NCBI RefSeq assembly: GCF_006345805.1
Contig: NW_021823817.1
Span: forward strand, 1-20,969
Source: Octopus sinensis
Lineage: Eukaryota
Direction of reading: 5' to 3'
Length of the DNA stretch: 20,969 nt
The notes under the pieces are model-generated. The model was not told the origin of the DNA, made no database searches, and saw only the letters and a list, made by a program, of their open reading frames with translations. Positions within the stretch are counted from its first letter, which is position 1. The number at the start of each line of letters is the position of its first letter. Shown piece after piece: positions 11,552-20,969 of the stretch. The position numbers were made by a program, and so were the translations under genes.

Positions 11552-11586
<35 letters not shown>

Positions 11587-11621
11587 TATATGGGAAAGTA
11601 TTGCCATTCGTCAGTATTATT

Positions 11622-12022
11622 CTTTTCTACTTTAGGCACAAGGCCCGAAATTTTGGGGGAGGGTACTAGTAGAATAGATTGACCCCAGTACACAAGTGGT
11701 ACTTAATCAATCGACCCCGAAAAGATGAAAGGCAAAATCGATCTCCACGGAAATTGAACTCAGAACCGAAAGACAGACGAAATACCTATTTCTTTACTAC
11801 CCACAAGGGGCTAAACACAGAGAGGACAAACAAGGACAGACAAAGGGATTAAGTCGATTACATCGACCCCAGTGCTTAACTGGTACTTAATTCATCGACC
11901 CCTAAAGGATGAAAGGCAAAGTCGACCTCGGCGGAATTTGAACTCTGAACGCAGCGGCGGACGAAATACCTCAAAGCATTTCGCCCGGCGCGCTAACGTT
12001 TCTGCCAGCTCCTCGCACCTTA
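11622..12022 (-). mobile_element. Dimeric SINE family B with 16-bp TSD
   Basis: Reverse complement of 12221-12621. TSD ATTCGTCAGTATTATT at 11606-11621 and 12023-12038. Confidence 0.9.
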
Positions 12023-12220
12023 ATTCGTCAGTATTATTAACCAAAATACAATACAAAGAGAGATGCGAACCTTGTACATACCACTATGCAAATCTGAATA
12101 GTTAGGTTATCATCGGAGAATTGAATGAGGATGTAAGAGAGTAAGAGAGAGAGAGTAGTGTGATGCTTAGGAGAAAGGCAGGACTTCGGGGCAACGACTC
12201 ATTCAATATGTATAATAGCA

Positions 12221-12618
12221 GAAGGCGGCGAGCTGGCAGAACCGTTAGCACGCCGGGCGAAATGCGTAGCCGTATTTCGTCTGCCGTTACGTTCTGTGTT
12301 CAAATTCCACCGAGATCGACTTTGCCTTTTATCCTTTCGGGGTCGATAAATTAAGTACCAGTTACGCACTGGTGTCGATGTAATCGACTTAACCCGTTTG
12401 TCTGTCTTGTTTGTCCCCTCTATATTTAGCCCCTTGTGGGTAATAAAGAAATAGGCATTTCGTCTGTCTCAACGTTCTGAGTTCAAATTCCGTGGAGATC
12501 GACCCTACCTTTCATCCTTTTGGGGTCGATAGATTAAGTACCAGTTGCGTTCTGCGTTGATTTAATCGACTGGCACCCTCCCCCAAAATGTCGTGCCTTA
12601 TTCCCAGAGAAGAAAAAG
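12221..12618 (+). mobile_element. Dimeric SINE family B with 14-bp TSD
   Basis: Head AAGGCGGCGAGCTGGCAGAA, two GTTCAAATTCC B-box units, TSD AATATGTATAATAG at 12205-12218 and 12619-12632. Confidence 0.9.
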
Positions 12619-14007
12619 AATATGTATAATAGTTGTAATACAGTAGATCAGAATGAAAAAAAGAGAGGTAAAACGATTTATGAAAATGGTAATTCTTTGT
12701 CTTTAACTGACCGGAGAAGCTTCCCTCTAAATCCTTACTACGCCAACTGCACCCCTCCCCCATGGATCCTACTCAGAAAGAGCCTAAAGGTGAAGAGAGT
12801 GGGGATCTATTGTGAAAGGTCAGACAGTCGGTGTAATAACGAAATGAGGAAGGGATCGAATGCGGTGTGACTTAGGGAGGTGGCGGAAAACATTGGGATA
12901 TAACCAGAAATAACAGAATAGGGGCCGAAGAAGATTGCCGTCTACATATACTGCGACGATGCGATTTGTCTGGAAGTTTCCCATTCAAGAAATGAGAAAA
13001 TGATGTAAAAAATGATATGAGACTTACATGTTAAACATTGTGGGAAACCATCAAAATGGTATCAAAATGGTATCAAGTGTAAAATTGCTTTTCATAAAAG
13101 TTTTCGAGGTCGAGTGGTCATTACTGAATGAGTTTTGTAAAGAATGCCTCCTGTAGATTTGGAGCCTTTATTGATGGTAATTGAGAAGAGAGGAAGACAG
13201 AAAAGCAAAGAGAGAAAGAGATAGGTGAGGAGCGAGAGAGAAGAGAGAGAGAAAGAAAGAACGAGAGAGAGAGAGTGTAAAATACTGAAACTGATGGAGG
13301 TAACGTTTTAACCCATTAAGTCCCAGAGTATTTAAATTTCTGAATATTACTTTAAAATTTTTACAGATGATTGAAATTAGGTTAAATTAAAAAAAATAAT
13401 TGAGAGTCAAGACTATTGAAAAGTTTGCAAGACGCAACGAAAATTTTAGGAAAATAAAAATAAGAATAAGTGGAAATTTTACCGGTGAGTGTGTTAAATT
13501 ATAAGGCACAAAAAGAAAATTACTCTCCCCAGACACAACAGAATATGCTTCAACACACGAACTCATATAAAGAATCTTGCAAACCAAATCCAAAAACGAA
13601 ATAAAAATTATTTAACTCCTTTACTTCAAGTAGAAAAGGAAATACTCGGTGTCCTATAAATAGGACACTGAGACAATGTGATATAGCTTATTTAATGTTC
13701 TCATTTAGTGTCCTAATTATAGGACAGTGGGGCTTAATAGGTTAAATAAACTATTTCTATCACCTTTGTAATGTGAGAGCGATAGATTTGAAGAAATAGG
13801 GAAGTTTCTTTCTTGGAAATGGGACGCATTGCAGTGTATCTCAAAAACTGGAATAAGTTCATGTTGACCACGAACCGTTTGCTTATGATAAGGGATAGTT
13901 CTGGAGTGCATACATGCATACATACAAATCTGCACATATACATACATACACACATTCATGCATTTATATATACGTGCACACACACACACATAATTACATA
14001 CACACAA

Positions 14008-14129
14008 GCACATGTATGTATATGAAGAATGACAGAAAACTGAGAAGGCAGACAAGGAACATTAGAAGCAGGAAGAAGGAAACGCGTGTTCGTAAGTTGT
14101 ACGATTTGTGCGGGGGTGTATGAATGCGA
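14008..14129. repeat. ~120-bp dispersed repeat, copy 2
   Basis: Direct copy of 9848-9968. Confidence 0.85.
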
Positions 14130-15031
14130 AAGTTAGTATAGATCCTCTCTCGCTCCACTCCCAAATTCATCGGAACTCGAAGATTCCTATGCGATTTTGA
14201 GAGTGAGCAGGGATCTTACAGGTTGCGTGATGAACTAAATTTAGCACATTTGGGGAGGAAGATTCATAAAAAAATGAACTTGGTCCCATGAAGAACGTTA
14301 AGGGACTTGCCTAAGAGGATAGTTTCTGTCCTCTGCTAAGCCGTCTCATATAAGTCTGGATGGAAATACATTGGCTGTTAAGGGCAAACGGTATAAAAGT
14401 GGTGGAGCTTTGACAGAAGGTCCCTCGTAGAAGTAACAGAAGGTCCCTCGTAGGTTGTTGTGTTAAAGAAAGTGTCTTGCTTCGATTTAGGCACTGATCA
14501 CACAGTCCAGTGGCGCGAGGACAGTGATAACTGTGATGGGAAGTGAGAAAGAGATAAGGATGTTGGGTATGTTGGCATTATCTGTCGGGATACAAGCAGG
14601 CGCGCTGAGATCGGAAATTACTCTGCAGTTAATAAACTACAGCAGTCAATTTACCGGTTAGAGAACATTTTCCGAAGTGAAGGCATTTGAAAAATACACA
14701 TAAATATAATTTGTGGAGCTTTATACAATGCCGGATTTCGGTCGAGCGCCCTGTATCTAGTTCTAGAAATTGTGTTTCGTAAACGACGGACTATGCTGAT
14801 GATCTTGCAGATGTTTATGTATTCATATACGTAAATTATTAACAAGTGAAACTAATTAGTACATAGGTAATCGTTTTTTATTTCGTATATTTTCATTTGT
14901 CTTGCTTATTTTTACGCTTTGGTTTTTTGCTGAATTTTTTCTTGAGAACACATTCTCCGTGGAAAATGGCAATTTTGACGTCTATATCTAGCATACAGGC
15001 TCTCCACTTTTAGTGGTCATCCTTTAAATTT

Positions 15032-15150
15032 TCTCTCTCTCTCTCTCTCTTTCTATATATATATATATATATATATATCCACACACACACACATACTCAC
15101 ACACACCACACATATATATATATACGTACACATACATATATATATATATA

Positions 15151-15186
<36 letters not shown>

Positions 15187-15272
15187 CATACATACATACA
15201 TATATATATATTATATATATATATTATATATATATATATTATATATATATAATATTTATAATACATATATAT
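15032..15272. repeat. Compound (CT)n/(TA)n/(CA)n/(TACA)n microsatellite
   Basis: Read directly. Confidence 0.95.
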
Positions 15273-15297
15273 CTTTGTAGTATGTATTTGTGTGTCT

Positions 15298-15775
15298 GTG
15301 TTGTCCAGTGTTCGAGCATTGCTGATTTGCGGATTGACGTGTATAGGATGGATCCGGTTATCAGCCGAGTCCATCGTGAAGATCGCCCCACCGCCATTCC
15401 TTTGACCAGGAAGGAAAGGCAATTTCTCTTCATCTACTGGTTGTGGCGAAGGAGGCGGTGTGGTGGACGAGACTGAAAGGACTGAAGACAGATACTTTTA
15501 CCTCCCTCTTCGGCCAAGCGCCCTTATCGACTTTTTCAAGACCAGAGCTTTTTCAAGGAAAGTGAGGGTGGAAAGAAAAGTACTGTACTCAGCACTTTTG
15601 TTGCAAGGTGGGCGAATGTTGCGAGGCCTTTGTGAATGGGCCTGCTCTGAACATACGCTTGTAAGCCGAAGGAGTTGAGGAATGAGGTGTCCGCCTGAAG
15701 TACCCTTGGCGGTCGGGGTGTCAAGTGTCTGGGGTTTCCTTAGTAGTCCCTGGCTTGAACTCACACCTTTTGGAG
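15298..15775 (+). mobile_element. L1/Tx1-clade LINE 3' end (ORF2 C-terminus, degenerate)
   Basis: VVQCSSIADL (end of the zinc-knuckle region)...LSAESIVKIAPPPF/QEGKAISLHLLVVAKEAVWWTRLKGLKTDTF/LIDFFK...RKVRVERKVL/FVARWANVAR. Confidence 0.7.
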
Positions 15776-15794
15776 AATTTTATTCATTTCTTCT

Positions 15795-16128
15795 TTTATT
15801 CTTCTACTGTTTCAGTAATTTGTCTGCAGCCATGCTGGAGCACCACCTTTAGTTGAACAAATCGACACCAGGACTCATTCTTTGTAAACCTAGTACTTAT
15901 TCAATCGGTTTCTTTCGCCAAACCACCAGGTTACGGGGACGTAAATGCACTAACATTGGTTGGGAAGCGATGGTGGAGGGACAAACACAGACACACAAAC
16001 ATACATACACACAAACATACATACACACACACATATACGATAGGCTTCTTTCATTTTCTGTCTACCAAATCCACTCACAAGGCTTTGGTCGCCCGTGGCT
16101 AGAGTAGAGGACACTAGCCCAAGGTGCT
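15795..16128 (-). mobile_element. SINE family A, 5'-truncated
   Basis: Reverse complement of about 1035-1426. The tRNA head is missing. Confidence 0.85.
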
Positions 16129-16349
16129 AAAATAAAAATAATACTAATAATAATGATTTCTTTATTGAAACATATTGATATTATTAATAACAATACCAAT
16201 AATAGAGGTCAATGAAAATCATCATCATCATCATCATTGTTATTATTGTCATTATTATATTTATATTTTCTAATGAAATGTATATTACCATTGCTACTGA
16301 CATACTATAATATCACGCGTTTACATTAACATCTGCTTGCATATATAAG

Positions 16350-16382
<33 letters not shown>

Positions 16383-16748
16383 ACTCCAAGAAAGCTAGAG
16401 GTTGTGAATCCAACCAACTAAGGGATAATATCTATCCAATATACTGCTGGTAGAATACCCAATTATTAATACACAAGTGTTTTTTATTGCATTGCAATTA
16501 TATTACCTAGTGTACTAAATGGGTGAATGTAAAGAGATATTTTACCATTAATTCATAGAGTAATAAGGAAATGGAGAAGAAGGAACTGCGGCATGCTTTG
16601 GGAATATTCCTACAAACCCAAGGCATACCAGTTATCTTCCTTTATCTCAAAATTATTGGACGTTTTCTATTGCTGAACCTATCAAAAACGGGCAATATGT
16701 ACAATATGTACGTGTATATATGTATATATATATGTGTGTGTGTATACA

Positions 16749-17552
16749 TACATGGTCTGATCAATAAGTATCCGGATTGTTGCCATAATATCGAAGCTAA
16801 AGCACGCAGAGTGAAGCCGCTTGGCACAGATTGACTTTAAACTGCATTGTGCTTACGCACTAAGTTTTAACGTTCTACCTTACTCCCGCTATTTACAGCA
16901 GTGCTTGGAAGGAAGGTGTGTAGCATGTGATCGTTGCATGACCATGACAGAGAAAGTTGAGCAGAGAATCTGCATAAAAGTTTTGCCAAAATCTTGGTGA
17001 TATCTGATTAGAAGCCTACGCAAAGTTTTCAAAAAGTTTTCATCATTCTCGACACAATCAAGGAGATCTTGGGCAACTGAAACCCGAGTGTCTTTTTGGT
17101 CAGCTGAAAATAGTTTTGGCACAAACTTGGCAGACACGCATCTCATAACCAAAACGTCAGTGATAATGGACTGAACTGAACCGTAACTAATCTGCACAGC
17201 CTCTGATAACTCATGGATGGGGATTCGGAGAGTTCCCTTCACAACTGCACGCACATCTGCGATGTTCATCTCAGTCCTGATGGTTGCGTTTCTTCCAGAA
17301 CTTTCGTCAATATCTACATTTTTTCGGCCATCTTGGAAACGTCTCAACCACTCGTACATTTGTGTGCGGCTCATACACTCCTCTCCATACACTTTCTGCA
17401 ACCATACACTTTCTGCGAAGGCCTCTGAGCGGGTATCTCCATGACAACTTTCTCTGTTATTGTCAATGCGACGATCACACGTTACACACCTGCCTTCTAA
17501 GCACTGCTGTAAAGAGCAAAAGTGAGCTAGAACGCTAAAACCTAGTGCGCAT
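16749..17552. mobile_element. Rearranged mariner: 5' end on + joined to an inverted 5' half on -
   Basis: TA + CATGGTCTGATCAATAAGTATCCGGA terminus. Plus strand reads MTEKVEQRICIK/FCQNLG. Minus strand reads QKVYGEECMSRTQMYEWLRRFQDGR...SAKFVPKLFSADQK...ENDENFLKTL. Confidence 0.9.
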
Positions 17553-17971
17553 TACAATTCATTGGTTGAGAAAGAGGAAGTGGAGGGAAACGAGAGAAAC
17601 ATAAAACTTCTTATGTCAAATAAGTCAGCGTCGAATCAGCGACACCAAATGAGCAGCACCAAAATGGCTGTATTAGAACATCTTCCCTTGCGATGTTACA
17701 TTTAATTCTTAATGTTTATTATTGCTTTCTATGCTGATTTCTGCACAATCCAACCCACCCCAAACACTGTTTATGCAGTTTGTCCTCGGAATGACACTTC
17801 GTTCATTGCCCTTGCTGCAAAAAAAACAAAAAACAAAAAGACCAAAAACATGAAAATGAAAAGAAATCCTCTCCATTATAACCACCACCATTATCTTCAT
17901 CACCACCAGCACCAGCAACTGTAGGACGACCAGCTCCATCACCTCCACCGCTATCATTAGCATCATCATTT

Positions 17972-17972
17972 C

Positions 17973-18033
<61 letters not shown>

Positions 18034-18060
18034 GTAGTAATAATAATGATGATAATAATA
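17972..18060. repeat. (AAT)n microsatellite
   Basis: Read directly. Confidence 0.95.
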
Positions 18061-18583
18061 CCTACAACGCAAATTTATCGTTGTGTATCGTCAACAACTA
18101 AATGTATTTATAAAAGACTGCTTGCAACATGCACCAAACGCTCATAAGTACATACGTATTTTTGGACATCTTAGTAAATAGTTAACATTCCAGACATTTC
18201 CAAAGTTATATCTAAAATACACTGATCTGTCTCAGCAGTGAACGAGACGCTAGAATGGGGAATTTCGAAATCAATTTTACATTTGATATTCATAAATGCA
18301 TTAGTGGGCTTTTTATAACGGAAATGGTTTCATTAAAATCTTGCTGCTGACTAGCACAGACACACAGACACACAGACACACAGACACGCACACGCATACG
18401 TATGTGTATACACGCATAAAATATGTATGTAATATATATTATATATATCTGTATAGAAAATAAATATAAATAATAAATTACAAAGTCGGACAAGAACGCC
18501 AAAAACACACAGAGGGCCACACACACACAAACACACACACACACACACACACCAACACACACACACACCACACCCACACACAC

Positions 18584-18615
<32 letters not shown>

Positions 18616-18617
18616 CG

Positions 18618-18795
18618 CCATGATAGATCGTTAGCCACGACACCACATAGTTTTCTCTCCTTTTTTTTCTGTCTCCCTTTCTGTAGAAGAGCGTAGGCTC
18701 GAAACGTAAAAAACTTCTTTCCTGAGCGTTATACTATACCTCTGTTTGTTTTGTACACACCTGTCTTCGTCTTTTGTTTTTTCGTAAACTCTCCC

Positions 18796-18797
<2 letters not shown>
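18618..18797 (+). mobile_element. Short hammerhead-bearing element (Penelope pLTR/retrozyme-like)
   Basis: Homologous to 10503-10685, with (TA)n on both sides. Confidence 0.7.
18676..18713 (+). ncRNA. Hammerhead-like motif with CUGUAGA (A6U) core
   Basis: TTT-CTGTAGA-A-GAGC-gtag-GCTC-GAAAC-GTA-AAA, with palindromic ACGT stem III. Confidence 0.5.
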
Positions 18798-18853
<56 letters not shown>

Positions 18854-18913
18854 TTATATATATGGAAAATAGTCAAGATAGAAAATGCTAAAATAATTTT
18901 ATAAAAAGCATTT

Positions 18914-18949
18914 CAGTACCGGTTTCAGTCATTGAGACTTTTTCAACTG
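18914..18949 (-). ncRNA. Minimal hammerhead ribozyme motif, U3:A8 core variant
   Basis: CAG-TTGAAAA-AGTC-tcaat-GACT-GAAA-CCGG-TA-CTG. Stems I and II pair, stem III is the palindrome ACCGGT, and the triplet is GUA. Confidence 0.7.
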
Positions 18950-19111
18950 TAAGGATGGAAAATAATTAAATTTGGAAAAATTAAAAGAAAAGTTTTTTTT
19001 TAAAGAATATTTGCATAGTGTTCAAATACAAGTGGCATTTTCCTTGTTTTTGCCTATCTCTGTCTCTCTTGTTTACTCTTGTGGGTTCGTGGTCGTTGAG
19101 AATTCTTGGTA

Positions 19112-19112
19112 G

Positions 19113-19148
<36 letters not shown>

Positions 19149-19290
19149 AGAAGAAGAAGGATGAGGAGGAAGAAGGATGGAGAAGGAGACAGAAGGAAGA
19201 AGGAAGGAAAATGATGAGGAGGAGGAGGGAAGAAGAAGAAGAAGAAGAAGAAGAAGAAGAAGAAGAAGGAGAAGGGAGAATAAGAAGGAA
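19112..19290. repeat. (GAA)n/(GGA)n polypurine tract
   Basis: Read directly. Confidence 0.95.
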
Positions 19291-19438
19291 TGTAGGTAGT
19301 GTGAAAGTAGTAAGGTGTTAAATGACTTAAAATTGGCATGTTATGGATTATAGATTGTTATGGATTGGGATTGTTTTTTAATGAATTCTTGGGAATCTCT
19401 TGAGTGTATCATTTTAAATATTTGCGTGTGCATTTCTG

Positions 19439-19649
19439 TTATTTTAAGGCCGTGGTGGATATGTCGTTTGTCGTAGACGCGTTCAAAAGGGGTCTGTATT
19501 TTGTAATAAAGAGAGTCTCTTTACTAATTCGTTGGTTCCAGGTTGTATCGTCCCTGAACTGGGGGAAAAATTCTGAATCTTGGATTTTTGTTATTGGCGC
19601 AAATGTCTATGTGTTGGCTGAATGCTATTTTTCTGTTTTGGGGAATTTT
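19439..19649 (-). pseudogene. GIY-YIG endonuclease C-terminal fragment (Penelope-type)
   Basis: KIPQNRKIAFSQHIDICANNKNPRFRIFP / frameshift / QFRDDTTWNQRISKETLFITKYRPLLNASTT...*, containing the R-x2-KE-x2-FI-x4-P-x-LN motif. Confidence 0.8.
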
Positions 19650-19653
19650 TATC

Positions 19654-20029
19654 ATGCAACTGGTACGTAATTTATCGACCCCGAAAGGATGAAAGGCAAA
19701 GTCGACCTCGGCGGAATTTGAACTCAGAACGCAGCGGCAGACGAAATACCGCTAAGCATTTCGCCCGGCGTGCTAACGTTTCTGCCAGCTCGCCGCCTTA
19801 GAATAATTATTTATTCTTTTCTATTCTAGGCACAAGGCCCGAAATTTTTGGGGAAGGGGTCAGTCGATTAGATCGAGTGCAGTATGCAACTGGTACTTAA
19901 CTTATCGACCCCGAAAGGATGAAAGGCAAAGACGACTTCGGCAGAATTTTAACTCAGGACGTAAAAGTAGACGAAACACCGCTAAGCATTTCACTCGGCG
20001 TGCTAACGTTTCTGCCAGCTCAACGCTTT
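19654..20029 (-). mobile_element. SINE family B, two tandem units (20029-19811 complete; 19800-19654 3'-truncated)
   Basis: Reverse complement of the 12221 head and body. Confidence 0.9.
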
Positions 20030-20589
20030 GGTATCACTGAATATCGTCGACGTTAATCATCTTTGGTCTTTCCCTCTCAAGGATGTATGCCATATCTACG
20101 GTGGTTAGTTCTTTTCAACAGCAATGATTGAAAACTACAAAGAAATACCATTACAGTTCATTAATCAGCGCTCTACAGTTCGTCCCAACTACAATGTCAG
20201 TCAAGCAGGACATCGTGCATCGAGATATGACTCCCTGACACTCCGCTTCTTCTAGAAGACTTGCTCACCCCCACGTGATTGACACGACTCCTCTAGACCC
20301 TCATGCTTTAGACACATTTTCATGTGCCTGCTACATATTGCTTTCCCAAAGCACCGTTAAATTTTTAATCGAGACGTATTTTAACTCAAGTTAGATCATA
20401 CTATAATGCTGGGCATTGCTTGGGTGTTGCAATTCGGATCTTAGAGTTTTTTTTTTGTTCCATGCACCCTCGCAACACTTCGCCAAACTTTTCGTTTTCC
20501 ATCTAGCTAAACATGTCGCTCAACAACCAGACGATGTTTAGCGTTAATTCTCATGACATTGCCGCTTTAGTGCACAAGTAAGGATGACC

Positions 20590-20935
20590 AACACTTGATT
20601 ATACAGAAACGCTTCGGAACGTTTCTAAAATTAAGCAGTCACATCAAAATTGAAGATCTGCCAGTCATCAATACTTTCCTTTCCTATAAACCTTTGAAAT
20701 TTTATTTTTAATGTGTTCTGCAACGTTTTTTATATCAATTTTCGCAGATTCTTCTTGAATTCTTACATGGTGCAACCCAAATCTCTTTTTGAAGTAGTGG
20801 AAATACCCAGAAGTACCTAAAATATTTTCCACTCGTAGCCATCTATTTACCTTCCTTAATGTATATACACCGTTGATAGGCCAGGTACTGCGGCATCTGT
20901 TCTATGATTGCACCGTTTAGGGCGTACTGTGTTAA
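20590..20935 (-). mobile_element. Tigger/pogo (CENP-B-like) transposase remnant
   Basis: ALNGAIIEQ...SGYFHYFKKRFGLHHVRIQEESAKID.../QIFNFDVTA*F*KR matches GWFxRFKxRxGL...GESASAD...QIFNxDETGLFWK. Confidence 0.75.
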
Positions 20936-20969
20936 AAACAAAGAATACCACAGCGGCGGCCACCGGGAA

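Larger units (their letters stand above)
18863..19649 (-). mobile_element. Penelope-like retroelement 3' end
   Basis: GIY-YIG C-terminus (19649-19439), pyrimidine-rich 3'UTR, hammerhead motif at 18949-18914, ending at (TA)n. Confidence 0.8.

Noticed and set aside
12700-13000. Possible degenerate GIY-YIG remnant on the minus strand
   Set aside because: Only scattered short matches requiring several frameshifts.
16381-16700. TA-flanked block that may be another interspersed repeat
   Set aside because: No second copy, coding motif or ribozyme core within the window.
19073-19339. Poly-K/E and poly-F/L ORFs
   Set aside because: They are translations of the (GAA)n tract.
1-20969. CRISPR array, operon or prokaryotic defence system
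   Set aside because: No repeat-spacer periodicity or gene-dense structure. The sequence is eukaryotic repeat-rich DNA.

Overview
AT-rich eukaryotic intronic or intergenic DNA made almost entirely of microsatellites and decayed transposable elements. The SINE repertoire looks like cephalopod (Octopus-like) DNA; this is from recollection and was not checked by a search. No intact gene is evident, and most ORF-track entries are translations of (TA)n, (CA)n or (TACA)n. Supported content: three mariner remnants (one rearranged with two inverted 5' ends), a Tigger/pogo remnant, fragments of RTE, L1/Tx1 and CR1/L2-group LINEs, about ten tRNA-derived SINE units from several families, and a Penelope-like (GIY-YIG) 3' end. 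The most interesting signal is a set of minimal hammerhead-ribozyme motifs with three different cores: CUGAUGA inside an element with a tRNA-derived Pol III head, a compensatory U3:A8 variant in the Penelope tail, and an A6U variant in two copies of a short element. There is also a near-perfect 227-bp palindrome next to an inverted SINE pair.
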